This document shows positions 12,502 to 25,545 of a DNA stretch of 64,000 nucleotides, piece by piece. The DNA comes from Azolla caroliniana (lineage: Eukaryota; Plantae; Polypodiophyta): the NCBI GenBank assembly GCA_043228905.1, contig JBHGNT010000062.1, positions 62,001-126,000 on the forward strand. The letters run 5' to 3'. The stretch's first letter is position 1; each line of letters opens with the position of its first letter. Under the pieces are notes generated by a model. That model was not told where the DNA came from. It ran no database searches and saw nothing but the letters and a program-made list of their open reading frames with translations. The position numbers and the translations under genes were made by a program.

Positions 12502-14915
12502 ATGAGACACGGGATCTCGTCCCCCACTCACCGCACAAGAAGGCAATCGGCTGTCAAGGTGAATTATAATGTCGATGGATCCATAAACCGCTACAAAGCT
12601 TGACTCGTAGCGAAAGGATACGCGTAGACACATGGAGTCGACTACGAAAAGACATTTGCCCCGGTAGCAAAGATGACAACTGTGCGGACCGTGATCGCAC
12701 TCGCAACAACGAAAAGGTGGCATCTCCACCAAATGGACGTAAAGAACAACTTTCTTCAAGGAGAATTAGAAGAGGTGTATATGGTATGGCCTTCAACAAG
12801 AATTGTGTGCTTGGTATTCAAAGATAACACAATATCTTCATGAAATCGGCTTTCGAATGTTGAAATCCGACAACTCCCTCTACATACGAAACGAATCTAG
12901 AACCCCGATTTCATCATCCTTATAAGGGGACGATCTGGTTATTGAAGTTGAGCATTTAGTCAACATCAACAAGATAAAGTCCCTCCTCTCCAACAAATTC
13001 GAAATGACGGACATGAAGGAGCTCCATTACTTCCTTCGCATCGAGGAAATTCGAACTCCATCCGATATTATGATCTCTCAACAGCACTACATCCTCAACT
13101 TGTTATACAATTTCGGGATGGCTGAGTGTAAATATGTTGCAACCACTCTCGATCGAAGACTCAAACTGGATGCCGACTCCGGCACAGAAGAGTGCGAGCC
13201 GACTCAATATCAACAACTAATCGGGATTCTCATCTATCTCACAATCACGCCACCCAACCTCAACTATCCGGTCGGATTCCTTAGCTAATTCATGCAAACT
13301 CCACGAGATATCCATTTTGATTACGCTAAGCAGGTATTACGATACGTGAGTGGCACAATGGATTGTGACATTCTCTACAAATCGGCCACACCAATTCGAT
13401 TTGAAGGGTTCACGAATGCCGACTGGGCTAGCTACAAAGTTGATCGACTATCAACCTCTGCTTTTTTCTTCTCCCTCAGCAATAGAGCGATTTCGTGGAG
13501 TAGCAAGAAGCAACCGACCATCGCTCTTTCGAGTACGAAGGCCGAATATAGGGGCGCAACCATGGCTACATGTGGAGCCGTATGGCTCAAAAGGATTTTG
13601 AAGGATCTGGGTGTTCCTAACAATCGGCAACGGTTCGATTCGGTTTGAGAGGGTCCAAACCGAACCATAAAAAAATGTTGAAACCTGAACCAAACGAAAC
13701 CGAACCGCGAAACCTTTAAAGCGAACCGTTAAACCATTTTCAAACCATTAAACCTTTAAACCGTAAAAACCGCGGTTTCGTGGTTCGGTTTCGATTTTCA
13801 ACATAGGTCAAATTTATTTTATTTTATTTTTAAATGTATAATATTTCATTATTTAGATTTTTTTTAATTTTTAAGATGTTCCTAAAATGTGAGAATAAGA
13901 GTAAAAATGATAAGATTGTTTAAAAACAATTTTAAAAAATTTTTAGATTTTTTTTCAAAATTTAAAAATTTTAAAAAAAAAAAATTAAAAATCGTTAAAC
14001 CGTTTAAACTGCGGTTTTTGACTGCTAAAACCAAACCGGAACCGAACCGAACCGTTTAAAAAAACCTAAACCTGAACCGAAATGTTGAAACTGTTAAGTC
14101 GTTAAACCGCAGTTTCACGGTTCGGTTCGGTTCAAACCGAACCGTTGCCGATTGTTAGGTGTTCCCATCAAGGATCCGACTCCCCTTTACTGCAAAAACA
14201 TGAGCAATATTTATCTGCCTTGGAACCCGGGGTTCCACGCACGCGCGAAGCATATTGAAGTGCACTATCACTTCATTCGAGAGCGCGTTCAGGCCGGAGA
14301 TGTCGACCTTCAACACATCAACACTTTTTAAATCTTCAGACAGCCGACATCTTCACCAAGGCCCTAGGAGACAACAAGCTTCTGCAATTCATGTCGGACC
14401 TTAGATTGACGATCCCTGACTTGCCAAGCTTGAGGGGAAGTACAAGACCGTCCGAACGAGTACCAACCGAAGCGGACATCAAACAAGAGAGAACTAGATT
14501 CTGTTTGAATCGGGTACAAGCTGAAGCGGACATCAACTGAATGGAACCGACCCGAGTTGAGCTTGAGGGGGTGTGTTGAGAATCAAGCTCAACCTAGTCT
14601 AGTGTGTGAACACACATTTGAGAATCTATGACCACTCAAAGGTCAAGAGTCACACCACTCTTTACATATTAACTATGTGTCATAGAATCATATTCTAACT
14701 GACGAGTTCCATATTCCCCATGACTATAAGTATTCACATTCCTCAAGGTTCTAGAGACAGAGTGGACGTTGTAGTGAGTTAATGAAGAGAGAGGGTGACC
14801 TTATATAAAGCACCCTCCTCCTACTTCATACTAAGTCGGTTGTGACTCCTTGTAATGCTACATTTTGCAATTCATATTCTCCTTGTGAATATACATCTTC
14901 TTCTTCTTCTCCTCA
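12502..14915 (+). mobile_element. Degenerate Copia RT/RNase H, PPT and truncated 3' LTR (14574-about 14915); same family as the element at 60310
   Basis: [62 protein letters not shown]; LTR starts tgttgagaatcaagctcaac as at 60310. Confidence 0.88.
13618..14157. mobile_element. hAT-type MITE (540 bp) inserted in the Copia RNase H region
   Basis: TIR taacaatcggcaacggttcg / cgaaccgttgccgattgtta; 8-bp TSD ggtgttcc at 13610-13617 and 14158-14165; many subterminal aaaccg/cggttt motifs; AT-rich core. Confidence 0.92.
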
Positions 14916-14917
14916 AG

Positions 14918-15859
14918 GTATTGTTGAACTGCATTCCTCCTTGTTTTGTGTTTTGATCTTTCTCTATCCACGGCTTCGACCTTTGTCCTCTTTGGGTGAA
15001 CCTTTTGTTCTTGTATGCTACCATTGCCACACTTGGAGTTGAATTTGAAGACCTTTGTGAACGCATTGTTTCCTCCTATCTAATGTTTGCAAGAAGATCA
15101 ATTAACGTTGGACAATTTATAGAGTTTTGGGTGGTTCTAAAAGTAGACCACAAGTGAGGAAGGGCACCAAGAAGGAGAATCCTTTGTGATTTATCATGGA
15201 TTTCTAATCCAGAATTTAACACATCATCTAATTTCTTTTGCCATATTAATAGAAATTCACCAACTGGTTGTTCGTCATTCATTTTGTAATTAACAAGCAC
15301 TTGAAGTGTATGCATCGTTTTTCGGCTCGTAGATAGTTTGTAAGTGCTTCCACATTTCATGGGTCATCTCCATTTTTCGCAATGTTTCTCCGGTGCCATC
15401 ACTTACGTGCATTAGAATTTCCATTCTTGCACACAAGTATTTTTCTTCATATTCTTCAAGTTCTTCGCCTTTTTCAGGTTTTGTCGACGATCCTGAAATT
15501 ATGTCCCATACTTTATTATATTTAAAAAGTAATTCTAATCTTGCCTTCCATATTCGATAATTTGTGTCCGATAATTTCTCGATCGTGAATTTTCGCATGT
15601 TGGGTTGCGACGGTGACATGGATTGTGCCATTATTGCAGAGGGTTGTCCGGATCAACGCACGGCAAACACAAAATTGTCTTTCATTACTTGACGATCTTA
15701 GACACTATGAATATGATTATTTTTCGTATAGGCATGAAAGTTAAATTATGATGGGGGCATGTGTTTTGTGATTTAAGAAAGGCATAGACTATAGGTTATA
15801 GATAATTTGGCTCTGATACCATGTTGGGATGTTGGGAAAGAAGAGAAAGAGAGATATAA

Positions 15860-15900
<41 letters not shown>

Positions 15901-16081
15901 GGGAAATTGTAAATCGTTTATTATATTAAAACGCCCTAATAGTTACAACGTTGGTGGTGCCTTTATATAGACCACCACCAATACACTTACGGTTTCCTTC
16001 TCATGAAGGAAACCGTATTCATAAGAAGTACTAACTATTAATATATATTAATATATTAATTTTTGCTTAATATTTTCCGCA
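14918..16081 (-). mobile_element. Truncated Copia (5' LTR about 15822-16081, PBS, frameshifted gag); same family as the element at 43976
   Basis: MAQSMSPSQPNMRKFTIEKLSDTNYRIWKARLELL is nearly identical to the start of ORF 44414; gctctgatacca PBS at about 15810-15821. Confidence 0.9.
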
Positions 16082-16178
16082 TCCACAACTCAATATGTTA
16101 CAACATTCCACTACTTTCCACCATAGCTCCCTTCACTTTACATGTCAATTCCACAACCATACCCTAACCTAATGTTCT
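16082..16178. repeat. 97-bp sequence with an inverted copy at 32421-32518
   Basis: tccacaactcaatatgttacaacattccactactttcc...ctaatgttct vs agaacattag...gttgtgga; about 4 differences by eye. Confidence 0.85.
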
Positions 16179-17639
16179 TCTGCATAGACATACGAGAAAA
16201 TATGCTTGAGTTCATCTCCTATTCTGCACCTAATGACCACACAAGCACCTGATTACCATACAATTGAACATCTATTACACTACAAGGGATTGTAATAAGG
16301 CTAATCAATAGTTACTATAGTTGCCCTATAGTTGGTCCTTGTGTTAAGAACTATAGATATACGTATACGGTATACCCTGTAGAATGTTTACAACTAAAGT
16401 ACATTAGTATATACTTATTTTACAAAACTCTAAGGTGTAGGGAGCTTCCATGTCCTAATCATGTAAGAATTTATGGTTAATGCATAACCACAATTGATTG
16501 GACAAAGAGGATAAAAGCATAATCATTGTAAGATTACATTATCATCTCTGTTTTTTGTGAAAACACAAAAAGGAAACTACAAAGAACTCAAGACCAAGAG
16601 ACCGTGAGGATCCATATGCGCTCATTTATTATTGACTAAGAGACCATGAGGATTTACATGGACTCATTTGATTGTGCCACAAAGTAGTCTTCGAAGAGAC
16701 CCTGTACCAGAGCATGGTTATTTGACATTGTGGTCCCTTTTGCCCTAATGTATGGTGTAACCATATGGTCCTAAAGCCTCCCCATGCACACTAGCTATCC
16801 AAGTTGAATTGGTAGCACAACCTCCCATGGTGGAGTGTCTATGACTGGTCATATTTGTAAATAGTCCATAGTATGTGATGGAGAGATATAGAAAAAGATA
16901 GAGAAAAGAAGAGGAAGAGAAAGGAATACTTTAATACACTATTAGGAAAACAATACCATCTTCTTAGACTCCAAAAGTAACAACCCCAAAGAACTACCTT
17001 AATCTCAATGACACTAATTCATAATACTCTTCATTCTTCTCTCTTTCTTCAACTAAGACTCCTATCACTTCTTCTAGGCTTCGTATACTTCCTCCCCCTT
17101 ATAGATATTCAATTCCCCCTCCTCCCAAATTACTAAGAATAGTTTCGTATTTATAAGTTTTTAGGTGCTTTTTTCTTTTCTTCTCTTTTTACATATCCTC
17201 GAGTTTATGTGAGGTGTTTTATTATATCACTATGTTTGCTTTGTCATCCCAAATTTTAATACAAGAAAGCTCTCTTTGTCAGCTTTCTTACGAATCACAC
17301 TTTGATACAATGCTCTGCTATGATCATATTCGACCATCCTTTCCAGACATTTTCGACCAAGCCCAATCCTTGCACGAATTTCTCTCACAACCACAATGTG
17401 CACTCTTGATTGTAACATTCATTGGTAGAGTTCTTGAACATCAAGAGTTGCTACTCACTTTCACACGTATAACGTGAAATGTAATATTTTTGGTCTCATA
17501 GGTCATACTTGACCTCCAAAGACGATAATAAAAACTCTCTCTCTCTACCTTGAGAGAGCCTTAGTACGAAACTCACTCACATCCTTCATCCGCAACAGTT
17601 AACAGTTTCCCATATACGAAACACTCCAATCAAGGTAGA

Positions 17640-19916
17640 TTAGGATCTATGCCACAAAATAGATGGTATGATGAGGATTGTAGGAACTTACATAGACAAC
17701 TTACAATATTGCAACTAAGTGGTAGTAGTACTGCAATACAAGCTCGCAAAGAAATGCACAAGATGACACATCGTAGAATGGGAGGCATCCCAATATTGGG
17801 AACTCTACCATATGCTCATGAGTAGTGATTGCAGCACTGCATGGAAGAGATTACGAGAACCAAGACCACAAACACCCATCGAAGATCCTGAAACCTGGCA
17901 CACATACAAAGAGACTTTACCAAATCCCAAACCAACCATCCATTCCAATGCCTTCTACACCCTGACCTACCGTGGGGACACTTTTCACGACCTCTAGGGT
18001 CGCGAAGGTCATAAAGAAATTACAACATAGGAAGTCCATGGACCACACAGGATTACGAGCAGAACACATCATATATGTGAGAGAGTGCCTAGCTCCCTTG
18101 CTAACTCTAATTTTCAATCATGCCCTCGCAGAGGATTTTCCACCACAATGGGCTATGAACACAATGGCCCCCATACATAAAGGGGGTGATGCCATGGACC
18201 CAAATACATGTAGGAGCATTATGATAGGTCATACCCTTGTTAAATTATATGGTGCAGTAATGGAGGCAGAGCTTAGTCATTATATGGACACCCTAAATCT
18301 TCGCGCACCTGAACAGGTTGGCTTTAGACGAGCCTTCTCCACTATTGATCATATCTTCACACTTAGATGCTTAATTGACCAAACTAAGGCTCGCAAGAAG
18401 AAATTATATTGCTGTTTTGTGGACTTCCGCAAAGCCTTTGACACGGTCACTACAGAGCGTTTATTTGATAGGCATAAAAGCTTGAGGATACCAGATGACA
18501 TGGCTTGGGCCATCTACGCACTATATGAACAAGTGTCCGGTTGTGTTTGATGCCCAAGTGGCTTATCCAATTGTTTCACTAGTACTATTGGTGTAAAACA
18601 AGGTTGCCCCCTATCTCTGACTCTTTTTGGGATCTACATTGATGAGTATACAGATTTTATTGCTCGTAAGGGAGGCAATGGAGTAGTCCTTGGCGATACG
18701 CAAGTTCGTATCTTGCTCTATGTAGACGACATAGTTTTGCTCTCTGAATCCGAATACGACCTACAAAGGCACCTTAATGCGTTAGATGACTTTTGTGCAC
18801 AACGAGGATTGGCAATGAATCTAGGGAAAACTAAAGTCTTTATCTTCCACATATCGGCCCAAGTTAGAGCTAAGTGTCACCTAACTATCTCCCATAGCCC
18901 AATGGAGGTGGTTGGATCATATGTCTATCTCAGGTAAATTTTCGATGACACAAGCAGCGGAGGATAGACTTACGAGAGGACATGCATCCCTCTCACTCCT
19001 CAAGAGACAATGCCTTCAAGCCTACTTTCAAGAGCCATGGACTAAAGGGTGGCTCTTTGACTCATTAGTGACTCCCTCCCACATGTATGCATCAGTGGTT
19101 TGGGCTCCAGGACTACCATCCTTCATGTGGACGCAATTAGAGGGACCATTGGTGATAATGTTATCACGCCAACTCCGAAACAAATCGACAGTACCACATG
19201 ATATTATTAGGGCTGAGTTCACTTTACCCCCAATGCTAGTACATGCACTTTTTCAACTTGTAGTCTTTATCCATAGGATACATAGCCAACCACATGATAG
19301 AATATCCCATGAAGTCTTTAAGGCCTCTCGATGACTGTATGAGTTCGGTTATACTAGCTCATGGTATGACATAATGGTGAGTTTGCTTCTTGCGAATGGT
19401 CTAGACATTAATAACCTCCCTCCCCTTACCTACAACCACGCGATTGATAACACTTTAATCTATCATGAGGACCACAATAAAGTAATACACTAAGAAATAT
19501 GGAAAATTTACACTCAGTATAAATGGATCACCCCACTAGAGCAACTCCCATCTAAAATGTTGTACTATAAGGAACACTTCATGCACTTCTCTAAATTAGG
19601 TTTTATTACCCGGCCAAAATATCTAGATGTATTCTTACCACATGCACTAAGGGTTGCCATTGGACAACTAAGAATATTATCTCACCAACTTGAGATTGAG
19701 AATGGTCATACTAATGAAGTCCCTAAGGAGGAAACGATATGTAGGTTATGCCAAATCGAGATAGAGGATGAGTACCATTTTACATGCAAGTGTCCCACCT
19801 ACGCTGAGATAAGGGGAAAATACCAAGACATACTTGGTTCCACTCCCACCCTCCCCAAACTATTAGATACTCTAGATATAAAGAAATTAGGCATATACAT
19901 CCTAGAGCTAAAATAA
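17640..19916 (+). mobile_element. Degenerate LINE (RTE/RTEX-like) reverse transcriptase with C-terminal CCHC finger
   Basis: PIHKGGD, QVGFRRAFSTIDHIFTL, CFVDFRKAFDTV, GVKQGCPLS, LLYVDDIVL, CRLCQIEIEDEYHFTCKCP; multiple stops and frameshifts. Confidence 0.88.
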
Positions 19917-20689
19917 CACAGAGAGAATAACTTACAAAATGCTGACAATAATGTTGCTAATGCTCATCAACATGTAAGAAATGAAGTTTTTCAGGAACAG
20001 GGGGAGACAACGAATGTTGATACACCTCCACCACTCGGCATTTTCCTCGATGGAGCAAAAAACCAAAGAAGAACCAAACGCCCTTGGATGTCGGGTTTCA
20101 AAGCATCTCGACGTGGTGTAGAAGCAGTAAAGAAAATAAGGGAACGTGAGCTACACAGCCTACAAGCCATGGCTGGGGCACTCTATACACTGAGACCATG
20201 GGTCACACCCACACCAAAACCCTTTGACCTCCCACTTCTTTTCGAGAGGTTTGGGTGGAAATGAAATTAGGCTTAGTGCAAAGTCGCTTCCTTTTATCGA
20301 GTATACCATGTTCTGTACACTACTAGAACTCTTTTAGTTTAAGTTCAATTAATTTTTTACTTTATTTTATTTTAGTTCTGATGATTGGGATAAATACCCA
20401 TTTTGTTGTAAACCAACTGTCTCATGGGCCAATTTTGGCCTTTAGAAGACTTTAATATATCTTTCTTTCTTCCTTTTCTCTCTCTCTCTCTCTCTCCCCG
20501 TGACTTTGTTGCAGGCCCTGCCCCAACATCTTCATTGCATCTGCTACAACTTGCCCAAATATTCTAGCTCGTTGCATTTGCATTGTATGTAAATCAATGT
20601 TGCTACAGTCTACATTGATAAGTCGTCAATTCTTTGTAGCTTTGGCTCTACAATTCTTGTCGAATTTAGGTAATCAATAGCACCCTAAA

Positions 20690-21940
20690 GGTATGCATGC
20701 GATGCAATGCAAATATTGCAACCATACTTATGTTGGTGGCCCATAAAGGATTAGAGTCCACTTATTGGGATTGAGAGGACAAGGTGCAGAGAAATGTAAA
20801 TATGCAAGTAATGATGTAAAACAACAAATCAAGAGATTAATGGGATTTGCAAGTGAGGAAGTTGTTTCAAATGTTGATGCACCTATTCCAAATGAAAATC
20901 AAAGTATTACTTCTACATCTATTTCTAAAAATGAAATGCATAATGTATCTCAGCCTCAAGCATATAGTGAAACAAGGAAAAAAGTAAAATTGGATGCAAG
21001 TGGTTCCTTATAGATGTCATGGAATATGCAATTAAGGAAAAATGTGGAAGAGGCTCTTGCAAGGTTCTTTTATGCTGAAGATATTCCACATGGAAAAGTA
21101 GAAATTTCATTTTCCCACGATGTGCTTAAGGCTGTTGTACAAGTTGACCCTTCTTTTAAACCACCTTTTGCATATCAATTACGCAATAAGTATTTGAATG
21201 CAGAAATTGAAAATGTCAAATTTGATTTATCACAAAGTTTTCTTTTTGGAAAAAAAGAAATAAACCAATTATTAACGTTATGGCATCATCTATGTATGGC
21301 TCAATATTTTTGAAATCAGTGGACACAAGTGGTCATGTTAAGATAGGAGAATACATTTTTAACATTTTAAATGATGCTATTCTCGAAGTTGGACCATTGA
21401 ACGTAGTGCAAGTTTGTATGGATAACGCTACTAATTGTGTGGTGGCAGGGGAGATGATAAAAAAAGAATGGCTATCAATTTTCTATATTGGATGCACATG
21501 ACATTGTGTAGATTTTTTTTTGAAGATATAGCCAAATTGGCTTGGATTGATAACATTTTGTAATCAGCTATGAAGTTTACTATTTTCATAACTAGAAAAC
21601 AAAATGTTTTGGCAATCTTTTGAAGGTTTAGTGAGAAAGAATTGCTTAAACCTTCTAATACAAGGTTTGCATATAGTTTTATTATTCTTTCGAATTTGAT
21701 AGATGAGAGAGTATATGGTGGTTTGAGAAGAATGATATTCAGTGAATAATGGGCAAATGGAAGGGATCTAAAACAAAGAAGGTTGAGGAGATAGTTACAA
21801 TTATTTTGATGCTAGATTTTGCTTAGATGGGAAGATGATGGTCACATTATGCAGACCAAATTTGAAATTACTTCGTTTAGCAGATAGGGAGGGTGATACA
21901 ATTGGATTGATTTATGATCTTACGTAACAAATGATGGAGC
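20690..21940 (+). pseudogene. hAT-superfamily transposase remnant (BED finger and DUF659-type core)
   Basis: CKYCNHTYVGGP.RIRVHLLG...EKC; LARFFYAEDIP; FLKSVDTSGHVK.GEYIF...EVGPLNVVQVCMDNATNC; KPSNTRFA. Confidence 0.82.
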
Positions 21941-22209
21941 TGCTTGTGAACCCAAGAAGTTTGGACAAGGAGCTTAAGAATCTTGGCTCGGTACGGGGTT
22001 GATGTTCATGTATCAAGCACACAAACTATTTGGTTGGCTAGTGTTAGAGTTAGATCCTAATGTAAGCATGAGGTAAGGAAAAAATATATAGAAAAATAAG
22101 AGAGGAGAGAGAAAGATGGGTGCCAATCCACCCGACCACCCCCGAGCGAAGGGATTGAGACGGACTTGAGCCTTGATCAACGTCCCATACCACTGTTGTG
22201 GCGTCGAGA

Positions 22210-24660
22210 CAAGTATGTCGACGTTATCAAGTGCTAGAGTAGACATGCTTTGTAGATTCTCTCTTCTCCGCTTTCTACTTGTGCCTTCGACATCCTTAAC
22301 CATCTATAAAGAGTACTTCCTAGTAAATGCATCGTTGGAAATGATACCAATGAATCAGAATAGACTTTACTTGATTGCCTTCATCATCCTTAATAATTTT
22401 AGTGATTTTGGCAATCCGGAAGGGATGGCCCAACTTATCACCCCCAGCTAATGTTGCAACCAACATACCAACTTATAGCTCATGTAGATTGCCTTGCCAC
22501 CTTGCCTATGCAACATGCGATAGTCTTGGTCCTGCGTAAATATCTCTTTGTCGTGGGCAAACTATATTATTCAATTCAAGACTATCTAGTGGTTGTAAAG
22601 GAGTTGTGCTCGCCATTTATGGGCCACCAACCACCCATTCGAATTGATTTTGTTGTGGCCAGTACCCTGCAAAGTGGTTATCTAAAATTGTATGTTGATG
22701 ATTAAAGAAGACATCCCACCAATCCACATCATCATCACTAGCGTACTTTTTGGTTCGCTCAATATTTTTCTGTTTTTCCTCAAGGCACTGCATCCAATAT
22801 ATCTTTTGCTCTTCAATTGAACTACCAACAGCCAATCTTTTATGGTCTTCATAGGGCATTTTCTCAACACCATAGATTATTGCATCTGGGAAATGCAATA
22901 AGAGCCTGCATCCGTCTTGTGGCTCCCATTGTAAACTAGATGAGTATTGTTTGGCATACCACATGGTTTGGTTGTGACTGACCACACTTTTTTGGATGAG
23001 GAAGACGCGGTTAAAACTTAAATTATTAAGCGGAGCAAGAACCCTACATCCAGTCCCATCACCATCCAAACAAAAGCATTTGAAAAATCATATACTTCAT
23101 CTAAATGTTGCACATCTGGGTTGGGGGTATAAGCTTCAACGATCAACCTTGATAGCATAGGAAGTGTGAAAGCATCACACCTCGCTAATTTCTTGGAGAA
23201 CCTACTAAACAGTTGATCTATGTGATCATGTGTATGACCAACTAGCAAGAAGTTGACCTTAATTTTTTTGAAAATATCATTGTCAACTAACACGCTCAAA
23301 TAACCAAACACAGTTGGCTTCTTGTTTTCTCTCGTCCTGTTGTCAAGTTGCACGTATAGTACTGGTGGGAGTAAACCTTGCCAAGTCTGGAGAACTCTTT
23401 GCATGACTGCCACTATAAGATTAGGGTCATTGTGGATATTTGGATAAGTTAGGAACACTTGAGGCCTCATTGTTTGACAATACAGAAGACATCCTACTAA
23501 GTGCATCTACACTAGGCATTCATTCATCTCCAACATCCTTGGGCAACCTTCGAAAATGTGGCAAACAAGTTTTCTTCTGATCTATCCCATCTATAATCAA
23601 GCACATATATCTTTCTGGCGATTGATGCGCTTTTTGACAATAGTGCATAGCTTTAGATCTTTCCAACGCCAGGCTTTCTTGATGTTCTCTCAATAAATTC
23701 TTATATTTTGTTATTTCTTCATCTATTATCCCACTCTTTGCCATACTTTTTAAACTCGTGCATATAGAACAAACACCCATCCGCACCTTGCTAGGTATGA
23801 CCACATTGTTAAACTTCGATCTCCATAAACGATTAAAATGTCGATATTGTACGTAAGGTACACTTTCCAATAACATGTCATCCTTATACCTCACGACGAG
23901 TGAAGTTATCTAACAAAGGTAACCTTCCAGTGGTGGGCATAACATCACATTGTTTCGAAAAATATATCTCCATCCATCTAACGGCATGCCGCCCAATTAG
24001 ACCCTTACATGTAGATTTTGTATTGTTGAAAGATACCCACCACGCCTTAAATAATCGATGTTGAATTCTTTGTAGCCTCACCCGATGCTATAGACAAATT
24101 TAAAAGCAACTCGACAACTCTTCATAGTAAATGAAAGGTAATATTCCACCTGCTAAGAACATGGGACTGCCAGATGGTCCTTAACAAGTTCCATATTGGC
24201 AATCAAGAATGTATCTTGTTCATCGCCATTGAGAGACAAATACTTTTGTCACAACCCCTGCAAGTTTGCCTTTCCAAATTTTGATAGACAAGCTCCCACA
24301 ACATACCTTGCATATATCAATTGCAATTTGGCGATCCGAACATAGAAAATTATATCGTTTAACACTCACTTGTCGAGGAACTCTTCGAAAATTTAGAGGC
24401 TTGTTGACATAGTCGTCGTCAACATTCGATAAACTAGACTCGTCATGATTTGTATCTACTTTAATATTTCTTATTTTACCTAAGTTAAAAGGCTCTACCG
24501 AAAAAAGTGACGTCGAACTTTGCTCTCGATCGTCGTTCGACTTTACATAGCACCGTTTATTATTAACATGTTTATATTACTCAATTGAGAATAACGAGTT
24601 ATGAGACAATTTAAAAGGCTCAATAGAAAACAGAGAATTTTTACTCGAGTTTGAGGACAT
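22210..24660 (-). pseudogene. DDE transposase remnant, Sola1-like (DUF7869-type), with BAH-like C-terminal segment
   Basis: CLIIDGIDQKKTCLPHF; LYVQLDNRTRENKK; FLLVGHTHDHIDQLFS; upstream CSICTSLK...REHQ zinc motif; stops and frameshifts. Confidence 0.72.
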
Positions 24661-25040
24661 TTTGAGTAAGGCTAACTAAGATCATGGGATTCCAAAATAG
24701 GCTCAAGTTTAGTTCTATAATAAGCACCATGTCTAAAGACATTTTTTTAAAAAACAAATGTAAATTTTATTTAGAAATAAATAAAAAATAAAAAATAAAA
24801 AATAAAATTATATAAGGGAAAGTCATCTTCATTGTCATTATCGCGTTCAAGCAACAGAAGAGCACAAGAGCAAAGAGCAACCAAGACTTCCAGTTTTCGC
24901 CTCCCTGGTCAAGTCGACACCAATGTCAGTAACATGAACAAGGGAAAGACGATTGCTAGGTATGTTTTCCGAACTCTATTTTTAGATTCTTCAAAGATTC
25001 CCAAAAGATTCCTTTTTGTGTTTGTTGATTTCTGCGTCTT

Positions 25041-25352
25041 GAATTCAATGCTTTCAATCAAGTTCTCATAATTTCAACAAGAACTCGATGCAATACATCG
25101 AGTTCTCGTTGAAAGGGGGGAGAACTCGATGCACTGCATCGAGTTTATATTGCAAAGGGGGACTTTCAACGAGAACGTGATGCACTTGTTGAAAGGGAGG
25201 AGAACTCGATGATGTGCATTGAGTTCCCGTCGAAAGGGTTTTGCTTTCCACGGGAACTCGATGCAATGTAGCAAGTTCCTGTTGAAAGAGTGTTTCTTTC
25301 AATGGGAACTCGATGCACTACATTGACTTCTTGTTGAAAGGGGCGACTTTCA
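25041..25352. repeat. Array of about 7 imperfect palindromes, core GAACTCGATGCA-N-TGCATCGAGTTC
   Basis: Unit cores start at about 25041, 25081, 25122, 25173, 25202, 25254 and 25306; best unit tttcaacaagaactcgatgcaatacatcgagttctcgttgaaa (25072-25114). Confidence 0.85.
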
Positions 25353-25545
25353 TGATCAATATACTAGAAGTGGTCACTTTCTTGCTATTTTTTTGCATTT
25401 TTCTCAATGTTTTTTTATGTAACATTACATTTAAAAATGGGTGATTTTCGCCTACTTTTGCGGAAGTTTACCTTAGTTTTCAAGTTTACGTTGTTTATTT
25501 TTAAGATTATTGACATATCATTGTGTTATTACTTGTTGTTTTTAG

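Noticed and set aside
12502-14915. Missing 3' half of the truncated left-arm Copia
   Set aside because: Same family but opposite orientation, and its LTR is clearly diverged from 34749-35204, so it is an independent older copy
25041-25352. Possible CRISPR array or tRNA cluster
   Set aside because: Palindromic units nearly abut with linkers of only a few bases, unit lengths vary, and no cloverleaf or A/B boxes are visible
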